In this document: one piece after another, positions 1-7,471 of the stretch
Position numbering within the stretch: position 1 is the first letter of the stretch
Layout of the letters: the number at the start of each line of letters is the position of its first letter
Translations under genes and position numbers: made by a program
Source: Planctomycetales bacterium
GTDB taxonomy: Bacteria > 4484-113
NCBI GenBank assembly: GCA_037441675.1
Contig: JBBIRS010000015.1
Location: forward strand, 1 to 14,146
Direction of reading: 5' to 3'
DNA: 14,146 nucleotides
The notes under the pieces: generated by a model
The model's input: the letters and a program-made list of their open reading frames with translations, nothing else
Told to the model about the DNA's origin: nothing
Databases searched by the model: none

Positions 1-42
1 TGGTTGGTTTTGAGTTTTATTCATTGTTCTCATGATTTGCAT
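1..42 (-). CDS. 5' end of an unknown gene running off the left edge (MQIMRTMNKTQNQP...)
   Basis: ATG at 42-40, with alternative in-frame ATGs at 33 and 24. The frame is open to position 1 and starts 4 nt after the stop of the HTH remnant. Too short to identify. Confidence 0.4.
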   Translation of the reverse strand, partial: MQIMRTMNKTQNQP

Positions 43-46
43 ATTT

Positions 47-115
47 TCACTTTATCAACTCCTCAATATTAACCCCTAGCGCCTTAGCTATCTTAGCCAT
101 TACCAAAACGGAAAG
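47..115 (-). pseudogene. C-terminal remnant of an XRE/Cro-C1 (HTH_3) transcriptional regulator
   Basis: Manual translation gives LSVLVMAKIAKALGVNIEELIK*, matching the 'S-l..l.KIA.ALGV..e.L' tail of XRE HTH proteins. An in-frame TAA lies directly upstream (118-116), so the N-terminal part is missing. Confidence 0.6.
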
Positions 116-172
116 TTATTAACAATTTCTCTTTTAATATAAATATATCAAATAAAATGGGTAAAACGAAAT

Positions 173-209
173 AAAAAAATCCCGCTTCTGCCGTCCCGCT
201 CCGCGGGAT
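173..209 (-). terminator. Probable intrinsic terminator downstream of tRNA-Ser
   Basis: The minus strand reads ATCCCGC(209-203)...GCGGGAT(185-179) followed by a T run. An inner copy of TCCCGC (194-199) allows an alternative short hairpin. A second hairpin, GGCTGG...CCAGCC, lies at 243-275. Confidence 0.55.
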
Positions 210-289
210 AAAGACAAAAAATTCAATTTTTCTCCTAAAATCGGCTGGCGACCCCTCGCAGATGGCGAGCCAGCCTTAACATTTTCCAA

Positions 290-385
<96 letters not shown>

Positions 386-603
386 TCTACCATTATTTTA
401 TCTCATTCTTAAATATTATTCATCTCTGTCTGAGCTTCATTATGTGAATTTTATATTCTCCATATTCTCCGCACAAAAACTCCCCCACAAACCCTATTCC
501 ACGCGTAACAAGCGTGACTACATAATTACTTAAATCCGATTCGTTAGAAAACTTAGCGAGAATAAATCTCAATTTTGAGAATGATATGAATTTATAATAC
601 CTT

Positions 604-757
604 AACTCAAAAAGTGAGCTTAGATAGTGGCGTTACTAGTTGATGGCGTTAGAAGTGGTGCACCATCTAAGCTAGACCCTATCCTTTAAGCTCCTTTGGA
701 TAGCTTGATTGCGTTCCCGAAGACTGCTGGGGCATGTTACACTTTCTCTTTTGAGTT
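604..757. ncRNA. Candidate structured non-coding RNA (unclassified)
   Basis: Closing stem 604-616/740-757 with a bulge; internal stem 617-629/661-673 (12 of 13 Watson-Crick pairs); stem 679-684/698-703. A perfect TATAAT sits at 593-598, just before the 5' arm. Confidence 0.35.
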
Positions 758-877
758 TGATTTGGATTGAGTGAAAGCATTCACGAAGAAAGCAATGATA
801 AGTTACGCTTTATCGTTTTAGTTTGTTTTAAATTCTGTGATAGTGTGATAGCGTTACTCAGCGATGCGCAGGCATAG

Positions 878-2170
878 CTAGACCTTATCCCACTTTTGAT
901 TCAAAAGAAAATACTTCTCCTTGTCTAGCCCAAGAACTGCTCTAATCTGATCAAGCAGGCGCAGATTCAATGCAAGAGCATCTATCAAGACGTCCGGGTT
1001 TCTAGCTAGCTTATCCTCAAACTCAAGAAAACTCTTTGGATCTTCGATTGGATAACTTTCCTTAACCCTCTTTTCAAACCACCTGCCCAAGCTATCAGTT
1101 ATCTCATCATAGAAAAACATTTGATTCTTTAACTCCTTTACCTTTTCTTTATCGCCGATATCTTCAAAGTGCCGAATTAGAGCTTCCAGCACGACTCCTG
1201 TAAGGTAATGTTGAATCCTGTCAAAGGGTCGTGTATTGCTTAGGTTATACAAGAAGCGCATAAGTTCAAAGAGCTTTTCAGGGTCGTTCTTTATATCATC
1301 TCTCTCTAGAAGCTTGGTGATTGTATAAATCACCATATCTTTAGGGTAGATGCCAAAGGTTGATTCTAGCCCGATAGCGTATCCATAAAGACCGGAGTAT
1401 TCCCAGTAATCCATCAGTGCGGGAAAGGGCGGAGGTAAAATGAAGTAGGACTTAGGCTTGTTGTTTCCACTAATAATGAGCTCCCAGGCGCGCTCATAAT
1501 CATCTTCAAAAAACATTTTAACCAGCGCTTCAAAATGATCAAGAAAGGCGTTTTCCGGCATCAATTTACGCGCCCGATTCATTTCAATCTCAAACTTGTC
1601 CTTGTATTTTCTGTAACTAAACCTCTCCGTGCCTACCCCACGGGTATAAATCCCACTTTTCATTGGCGCAATGTAAGAGTACGCGAGAAGGAAATGATAA
1701 ACGGGGTTGTCAGGTTCCAGCTCGGGACCTTTTTGAATGTATCGCAAAGCCTCCTCAAAAAAACCTTGCCTAGGCCTTAGGTATAGCCCGTAGGAAACGT
1801 AGTTTGCCACCTCTGTGGGATCTGCGCGTATTGCATCTTCAAAAAACTGCATAAAAACTTTATTCGCACGAAAATAGATTCTGTCCCGCTCTTCCTCGAG
1901 GGTTTTGTTGAGAACGCCGTTGTTTTGCCTAAGCCTTTTAAGAAACTCTTCTTCAAACTCAGACTGCCTCTTCCAGATGTAACTTATCAATCTGTTTGCT
2001 CTGCTCTGCACAAACCTCTTTTGCTTTTCAAATGAGACGTTTTTTTCCTCTTCTATCTTCTTACTGCAACCAACAAAATTTAGTAATGAAAGTAACGCAA
2101 AGAGGATAAGAATGAAACTAACTCTATGAGATTGATTACGTAAATCCACTTTAACCATATTCCTTCTCAC
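878..2170 (-). CDS. Predicted lipoprotein with a TPR-like alpha-helical region, function unknown
   Basis: 430-aa ORF (start GTG 2170 or ATG 2158). A hydrophobic stretch ends in lipobox-like FVG|C. TPR-like segments include FEDAIRADP...YVSYG and EEALRYIQKGPELEPDNPVYHFLLAYSY. Confidence 0.8.
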   Translation of the reverse strand: MRRNMVKVDLRNQSHRVSFILILFALLSLLNFVGCSKKIEEEKNVSFEKQKRFVQSRANRLISYIWKRQSEFEEEFLKRLRQNNGVLNKTLEEERDRIYFRANKVFMQFFEDAIRADPTEVANYVSYGLYLRPRQGFFEEALRYIQKGPELEPDNPVYHFLLAYSYIAPMKSGIYTRGVGTERFSYRKYKDKFEIEMNRARKLMPENAFLDHFEALVKMFFEDDYERAWELIISGNNKPKSYFILPPPFPALMDYWEYSGLYGYAIGLESTFGIYPKDMVIYTITKLLERDDIKNDPEKLFELMRFLYNLSNTRPFDRIQHYLTGVVLEALIRHFEDIGDKEKVKELKNQMFFYDEITDSLGRWFEKRVKESYPIEDPKSFLEFEDKLARNPDVLIDALALNLRLLDQIRAVLGLDKEKYFLLNQKWDKV

Positions 2171-2281
2171 TTAATCTTTATGTTGCTTTGAACGCGAAAT
2201 TTACCTTGAAATGGACTTCAATTATTTAATTATGACGAATGATAAACCTAAAATGGTCAAAACTAGGCTACAAGTTTTAGA

Positions 2282-2308
2282 TTGAGTTAATAAAATTATA
2301 ATTATAAT
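2282..2308 (+). promoter_or_regulatory. Probable sigma70 promoter of tRNA-Glu
   Basis: Tandem TATAAT at 2297-2302 and 2303-2308, ~15 nt before the tRNA. TTGAGT at 2282-2287 is at suboptimal spacing. Confidence 0.5.
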
Positions 2309-2322
2309 AATAATGCAATGTT

Positions 2323-2395
2323 GGCCCTATCGTCTAGTGGTCTAGGACGCAGCCCTCTCAAGGCTGAAACACGGGTTCGACTCCCGTTAGGGCTA
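2323..2395 (+). tRNA. tRNA-Glu(CTC), CCA not encoded
   Basis: Acceptor stem GGCCCTA/TAGGGCT; D arm GTCT-AGTGGTCTA-GGAC; anticodon arm CAGCC-CT-CTC-AA-GGCTG; short variable loop AAAC; T arm ACGGG-TTCGACT-CCCGT; discriminator A followed by GAA. Confidence 0.96.
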
Positions 2396-2456
2396 GAAGT
2401 TTCAAGTTCCCGTTAACTAATACCTAAGCTCATAGTTCTAATACAGCTAGTTCATA

Positions 2457-2485
2457 TAGCTAGTTTACGATGCTAGCTGGTTTTT
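2457..2485 (+). terminator. Possible intrinsic terminator after tRNA-Glu
   Basis: TAGCTAGT-ttacgat-GCTAGCTG hairpin (8 bp including G-U pairs) followed by GTTTTT. Confidence 0.45.
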
Positions 2486-2575
2486 GGGGTTAAGTTGCGT
2501 GCTTTTATTTTTAATCAAAAATTTAGGAAGAGAGAGAAAGGGAAAAGTCAGGCGCGAAGATTTTAGGCGAAAAAA

Positions 2576-3712
2576 TTATTCAACGCACTCCCTAATCAAC
2601 ACATTTCTTTCCCTAAGAAATGAGAGGATTGCCTCGCATGAGGGAGGGTGCATTCCTAGATACTCAGGTGGGCAGACGCCACTTTCTGAATAAATTCCAT
2701 TTGTGATTAACCTTACCGCAGATGTAGCGGTATAGGCAGTGGTTCTTGCCATTGAAGTAACATTGTTTTCAGTATCATATCTATCAAGAAGCTCAAAGGT
2801 AAAAAGCTTACTCTTTCCGCGCTGAATCCCATCAACGATAACGCGCAAAAAGGTTAAGTCTTCTTCGCCCTCTTGCAACTTCCACTTTGGGAAGACAAGT
2901 TGGGCGAGGACATCAATGGGAGGGACTTCTTTGCCATTAACTAACGGGGGTTCATGCCCGAAGAGGCCCGCATCCCTTAGGGCGCGCATCATACTAAGAT
3001 GCCCCGGATAGCGTAGCGTTTTTTCAAGCATTTCCTCAGCCTTTATCGTTGTAAGAAGGGTTCTCAGGCCGTCGCTGGTAAATGCTTCAAGGTTGCCTAT
3101 GCCATCAATTTCAATTCTCTCAACCTCATCAAGGGGATCAACTGATATGGCGTGCCCATTTAGAATCATCCTCGCAGGCCGAAGGTACTCTTCTATTACG
3201 TCTATGGGAGAAAATACCGCACGGTAGTACCACGGGGGTTCAGGCGTTCTTGGTAGCCCACCAACGTAAATCCGAATTTTCTTGACTACTTCAAGTTGCG
3301 AACAGGCTTTGCCAACAAGAATATGGGATAGCCCCGGCGCAACCCCACAATCAACTATCGCAGTGACTTCACGCTCCTTCGCCAAAGCATCAAGGCTGAA
3401 TGGGTCCTCCCCAAAGAAGGATATATCCACAATGTCTCTGCCAAGCTCAATCACGCTTTGCAACGCGGAAAATCCTACAAAGGAAGGAAGAGCATTCACC
3501 ACAATATCGCAGTCAAGAGCCAAATTGGCAAAAGGCTCGCGGTCATTTATGTTGACTAAATGCGGAGAAATGCCAGCTATACCAGATAATTCATTCAAAT
3601 TGGATGATTCTTTATCCAGCGCGATTACTAAAAACTCTCCATTTCGCGTTAAATCTCTCGCTATTTCTCTACCGATTAGCCCACAACCAAGAAGAAGAAC
3701 TTTTATACTCAT
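2576..3712 (-). CDS. Saccharopine dehydrogenase family protein, probably L-lysine 6-dehydrogenase
   Basis: 378 aa. N-terminal Rossmann motif LLGCGLIG, plus VDISFF, DCGVAPG, YVGGLP, EEYLRPAR, SDGLRTL, EKTLRYPGH and SMARTT, typical of the LysDH-like subfamily. Confidence 0.88.
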   Translation of the reverse strand: MSIKVLLLGCGLIGREIARDLTRNGEFLVIALDKESSNLNELSGIAGISPHLVNINDREPFANLALDCDIVVNALPSFVGFSALQSVIELGRDIVDISFFGEDPFSLDALAKEREVTAIVDCGVAPGLSHILVGKACSQLEVVKKIRIYVGGLPRTPEPPWYYRAVFSPIDVIEEYLRPARMILNGHAISVDPLDEVERIEIDGIGNLEAFTSDGLRTLLTTIKAEEMLEKTLRYPGHLSMMRALRDAGLFGHEPPLVNGKEVPPIDVLAQLVFPKWKLQEGEEDLTFLRVIVDGIQRGKSKLFTFELLDRYDTENNVTSMARTTAYTATSAVRLITNGIYSESGVCPPEYLGMHPPSCEAILSFLRERNVLIRECVE

Positions 3713-3874
3713 TTCTTCTAAAAATTAGTTCAAGAGAGATCAATGAGGAAAGATGATAAGCATAATTATGGCAAGGCTTAAGCATCTAATCTTCAACACG
3801 AGTAATTTTTAAGGGCTTAGCGCCATTTCAACATACCCGTATAAATTATTTATTTTCTCATAAAACAATCGTAA

Positions 3875-3903
3875 ATGAAACAAGTAGGATTAAAGTATAT
3901 AAT
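3875..3903 (+). promoter_or_regulatory. Possible sigma70 promoter for rsmE
   Basis: ATGAAA (3875-3880), a 17-nt spacer, then TATAAT (3898-3903). SD-like GGAGAG at 3975-3980. Confidence 0.4.
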
Positions 3904-3985
3904 GGAAAGCTTCCGCATTTGACGCATCTTTGAATCAGGGTTGCGTAAGTTATAACTATACTCTTTCCATTGGCGGAGAGAAAAT

Positions 3986-4738
3986 ATGTATAGCTTTCAT
4001 CTTAGAGAAGAGCCACAATTTGATGGTGAAAGGATTGTGATCAGTGAGCAGAGAATAATCAAGCATTTGAGGGCTGTAAGGATTAAGAGAAGCGAGGAAT
4101 TTATCATCTTTTGGAATGGCTTGAAACTAACCTGTGAAACTTCAAATCCTAGGGGGAAATCACTTGAAGTAAAGATTAACGCTTGCGAAAAAATTACTCG
4201 TGGCCAGCCAAATTTAATCTTGGCGGTAGGAGCGCTCACAGGCGGAAAACTTGAAGAAGTCGCACATACTGTTACTCAACTCGGCATTGATACTCTACTG
4301 ATTGCTCATACTTCTAGGGCTGTGGAAGTGATAAAGAGTGAAGCCAAGAAGGAACGCATCATAAATTCAGTTTATAGCGCTTGCGAGGTGGCATCAATTC
4401 CATTTCCACCTGAAGTGGTTATCACTGGTGGCGCAAAGGAAATTGTGGAAATAGCGGATAAACTTGCTCCAAAACCTGCTCATAGGTTTTTATTCTATGA
4501 ATTAGAAGAAAAAACGAACGTTCATCTCTCTAATATTTTTTCATCGCCTTACGATGGAAGGAAGGTCTTTGCGGTGATTGGTCCTGAGGGAGGCTTTGAA
4601 GGATTGGAGGCGGATTTCTTTCGTGATGCGGATTTTGAATGCGTGAGCCTCGGTAACCGCATCCTAGATAGTAGAGCTGCGACTTACCTTGCGGTCAGCG
4701 CTTTATCACTTTGGATGGATAAGTTGAGAAATAGGTAA
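3986..4738 (+). CDS. rsmE: RsmE-family (16S rRNA m3U1498) SPOUT methyltransferase, divergent
   Basis: 250 aa with KHLRAVR, VIGPEGGF and SLGNRIL motifs and the RsmE domain layout. Several normally conserved residues are replaced (see findings). Confidence 0.85.
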   Translation: MYSFHLREEPQFDGERIVISEQRIIKHLRAVRIKRSEEFIIFWNGLKLTCETSNPRGKSLEVKINACEKITRGQPNLILAVGALTGGKLEEVAHTVTQLGIDTLLIAHTSRAVEVIKSEAKKERIINSVYSACEVASIPFPPEVVITGGAKEIVEIADKLAPKPAHRFLFYELEEKTNVHLSNIFSSPYDGRKVFAVIGPEGGFEGLEADFFRDADFECVSLGNRILDSRAATYLAVSALSLWMDKLRNR

Positions 4739-4781
4739 GCTATTATCAGCTTTCTACCTGTCGTAATTCTAGCTTTATTTT

Positions 4782-4830
4782 TTCAAATGAAGGGTTTTTA
4801 GTGATAGAATGAGATAACCACATTAGGAGG
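4782..4830 (+). promoter_or_regulatory. Promoter and RBS of the beta-eliminating lyase gene
   Basis: TTCAAA (4782-4787), a 17-nt spacer, then TAGAAT (4805-4810) with an extended -10 TG at 4802-4803. AGGAGG at 4825-4830 lies 7 nt before ATG 4838. Confidence 0.6.
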
Positions 4831-4837
4831 GTTCAAT

Positions 4838-6229
4838 ATGCCTACTTTGCCCTTCGCGGAACCATACAAAATAAAAATGGTTGAGCCTATCCACCTTCTC
4901 AGCAAAGAAGAACGGGAAAGGGCAATGGTGGAAGCCGGTTACAACACCTTTCTTTTGAAGAGCGAGGATGTCTTCATAGATTTATTGACCGATTCAGGGA
5001 CGAACGCAATGAGCGAGGCACAATGGGCGGGCTTGATGCTGGGAGATGAGGCTTATGCGGGTAGCAAGAATTTCTTTCACCTTTGCGAGACCATAGAAGA
5101 AGTAATGGGTTACAAATACGTTGTTCCCACACATCAGGGTAGAGGCGCGGAACACCTTTTTTTCAAGAATATCCTTCGGAAGGGGGATGTAGTTCCCATG
5201 AATATGTATTTCACTACGACTCGCCAACACCTGGAGCTTGCGGGGGGAATATTCAAAGATGTGATAGTGGATGAGGCGCATGACCCACATTCCACCTTTG
5301 AATTCAAGGGCAACATTGACATTGGGAAACTGGACGCATTGGCGCGGGAGTTCGGAGAGGAAAGAATCCCGCTGGTTTCCATGGCGCCAAACGTTAATAT
5401 GGCGGGCGGTCAGCCATTCTCCCTTGTGAACATCAAGGAAGTTTACGCTTGGTGTAAGTCGCACGGGGTTAAGCTTTACCTGGACGCAACCAGAATTGCT
5501 GAGAACGCCTACTTCATTAAGATGAGAGAGAAGGAACACTCGGAGCGAACCATTGGTGAAATCGTAAGGGAGATATGCGCGAACTCGGATGGCTGTTGGA
5601 TGAGCGCAAAGAAGGATGGACTTGTGAATATAGGTGGCTTCTTGGCTTTTCATGAACATGAGGAAGAGATGTTTGAAAAGTGTAGAAACGAAGTGGTGGT
5701 TTACGAGGGCTTGCATACTTACGGTGGACTTGCGGGAAGAGATTTGGAGGCAATGGCTCGGGGTCTTAGGGAAGTTATTAAGTTTGAATATTTGAAAGCG
5801 AGGATTACTCAAGTTGAATTTCTCCATTCTACTCTCGTTGAGGCTAAAATACCCTGCGTTATGCCCTGCGGTGGGCACGGAGTTTTTCTCAACGCTAAGG
5901 ACTTTCTTCCGCAGATTGATCAAGACGAGTTCCCAGCCCAGATGCTTGCGGCTCAGATTTATCTTGAGGGAGGAGTGCGCTCAATGGAAAGGGGCAACGT
6001 CTCCGCAGGTAGAGACCCCGCTACCGGCAAGAATAGAAGACCCAAACTTGAGCTGGTTAGGCTAACGATACCAAGGCGCGTTTACACTGAAACTCATATG
6101 CGTTACGTTGCGGAAACTGTGATTAAGGTTTTTGAAAGGCGTGATAAAATCCCTGGCTTAAAATTCGTATATGAACCACCAGTTCTTCGTTTCTTTCAAG
6201 CTCGATTTGAGCCAGTTCACCCGATGTGA
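4838..6229 (+). CDS. tpl: Tyrosine phenol-lyase-type PLP beta-eliminating lyase (TPL/tryptophanase family)
   Basis: 463 aa with IDLLTDSGT, GDEAYAGS, PTHQGRGAE, DATR and the PLP-lysine motif SAKKD. It has TPL-type MYFTTTR, SMERG and LRFF rather than tryptophanase-type FDTT, EIG and LRHF. Confidence 0.85.
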   Translation: MPTLPFAEPYKIKMVEPIHLLSKEERERAMVEAGYNTFLLKSEDVFIDLLTDSGTNAMSEAQWAGLMLGDEAYAGSKNFFHLCETIEEVMGYKYVVPTHQGRGAEHLFFKNILRKGDVVPMNMYFTTTRQHLELAGGIFKDVIVDEAHDPHSTFEFKGNIDIGKLDALAREFGEERIPLVSMAPNVNMAGGQPFSLVNIKEVYAWCKSHGVKLYLDATRIAENAYFIKMREKEHSERTIGEIVREICANSDGCWMSAKKDGLVNIGGFLAFHEHEEEMFEKCRNEVVVYEGLHTYGGLAGRDLEAMARGLREVIKFEYLKARITQVEFLHSTLVEAKIPCVMPCGGHGVFLNAKDFLPQIDQDEFPAQMLAAQIYLEGGVRSMERGNVSAGRDPATGKNRRPKLELVRLTIPRRVYTETHMRYVAETVIKVFERRDKIPGLKFVYEPPVLRFFQARFEPVHPM

Positions 6230-6644
6230 CCAAGTTTAATAAATAGCTTTGTACTTAGCGGTTTTTGAAGTGAGCTATATTTGGAAAAATTATCTTTATC
6301 CTATCTGGTTTGGTACTTTTGCATTTAGCCTCATTGTTTTTCTTTTTCTTTCACTGTGTATCCTTGAGCCTAGCTTCTTGAGTTATTCGCAAAGGCGGGA
6401 AAATTCTTCCCTCATGCTGATAGGCACTGCATTTTCTGCGACGGGATAACTGCGCTGAGATTACTGCTCGCAGGCAAAATCCTTCACGCTCTTATCAAGA
6501 ATTTTCTCGTTGTTGTCTTCATTTTCCTATCACAGTTGAACCTGATAGTTTTTGCCTTTGGGAGAATTTTTCGCCATAAACAACAAAGGTCGGTTCTTCA
6601 AAAGCACACAAATTTTTCTCTAAAGGAGGCTTAAATGGAATGAC

Positions 6645-6724
6645 GGCGACCCACAGGTGGTCGCCCTACAGATTGGGTGAGGACACGCCCCTAATCCAAA
6701 TATTTCGCAAGCCCTCCGCGCTAC
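6645..6724 (-). repeat. GTAG-type REP-like palindromes
   Basis: Minus strand: GTAG-GGCGACC-acctgtg-GGTCGCC (6669-6645) and a degenerate GTAG-CGCGG-agggc-TTGCG (6724-6706). Both are preceded by CT. Confidence 0.6.
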
Positions 6725-6757
6725 AGGGCTCTAGATTCGAGCCAAAAGTATCGTTTT

Positions 6758-7471
6758 TTACCCGCCAAGATAGGCGGATTTTACCTGCGGATTGTCGAGA
6801 AGCTCTTGACCTGTTCCTGCTAGGACAATTCTGCCTTGCTCCAAAACGTAGGAATAGTGGGCAAGCCTGAGCGCGTGGTAAGCGTTTTGTTCCACCAAAA
6901 GAATCGTTTTTCCAAGCTTGTTCAGATACTCAATCTTTTCAAAAATCTCCACGACGAGATTTGGAGCAAGCCCCAGACTTGGCTCATCAAGCAAAAGGAG
7001 CTTTGGGTTCTGCATCATTGCCCTAGAGATTGCAAGCATTTGCTGTTCGCCGCCTGAAAGGGTGCCCGCAATTTGATTGAGCCGTTCCTTCATCCGAGGG
7101 AAGAGTGAGAAAATTTCTTCTAATATTGCCTCTTGAGTTTCCTTCTCTTTAATAATGTATCCTCCTATTTTTAGATTCTCACTAACCGTTAGATTAAGGA
7201 AAATCCTCCTTCCCTCGGGGCAGAGAGCCAAGCCGTTCCTTACAATGAGATGCGTTTTCATATTCGTTATGGGAGAGCCGTAAAAGGTTATAAGACCGCT
7301 TCGGACATTAACAAGACCCATTATTGCCTTAAGAGTTGTGCTTTTGCCAGCGCCATTTGCACCAATCAGTGTGACAATTGAACCATCTGGAACCTCAAAG
7401 GAGACACCCTTGAGAGCTGAAATTGAACCATAATTAACGTAAACGTCGCTGAAAACCAGTGCGGAGGTCAA
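6758..7471 (-). CDS. livF: Branched-chain amino acid (HAAT) ABC transporter ATP-binding protein
   Basis: Walker A GANGAGKST, PEGRRIF, LSGGEQQMLAI, LLLDEPSLGLAP, VEQNA, and C-terminal AYLGG. Confidence 0.95.
   Translation of the reverse strand: MTSALVFSDVYVNYGSISALKGVSFEVPDGSIVTLIGANGAGKSTTLKAIMGLVNVRSGLITFYGSPITNMKTHLIVRNGLALCPEGRRIFLNLTVSENLKIGGYIIKEKETQEAILEEIFSLFPRMKERLNQIAGTLSGGEQQMLAISRAMMQNPKLLLLDEPSLGLAPNLVVEIFEKIEYLNKLGKTILLVEQNAYHALRLAHYSYVLEQGRIVLAGTGQELLDNPQVKSAYLGG

Noticed and set aside
453..851. Short tandem duplications ATATTCTCC x2 (453-470) and TGTGATAG x2 (836-851)
   Set aside because: Only two copies each with no spacers, so not a CRISPR or iteron array.
3971..3980. TGGCGGAGAG, identical to the tRNA-Ser 3' end at 291-300, as a possible att repeat
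   Set aside because: It is only 10 nt and lies on the wrong (upstream) side of the tRNA for an integration duplication. There is no integrase, and it is explained as the rsmE SD.
4994..5923. 309-aa minus-strand ORF
   Set aside because: It is an antisense shadow of the lyase gene with no recognisable motifs.
6488..6500. CTCTTATCAAGA resembling the start of a SAM-I riboswitch
   Set aside because: The following GAGGGA...GGCCC, GCAACC and GTGC core elements are absent.
6249..6644. 66-aa hydrophobic plus-strand ORF, and broken minus-strand frames that might be a decayed gene
   Set aside because: The ORF has a TTG start with no SD, and its hydrophobicity follows from T-rich DNA. The minus-strand fragments resemble no family I recognise.
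6635..6694. TGA followed by a hairpin as a possible selenocysteine codon with SECIS
   Set aside because: Read-through gives only a 19-aa peptide with no redox motif. The hairpin is better explained as a REP.
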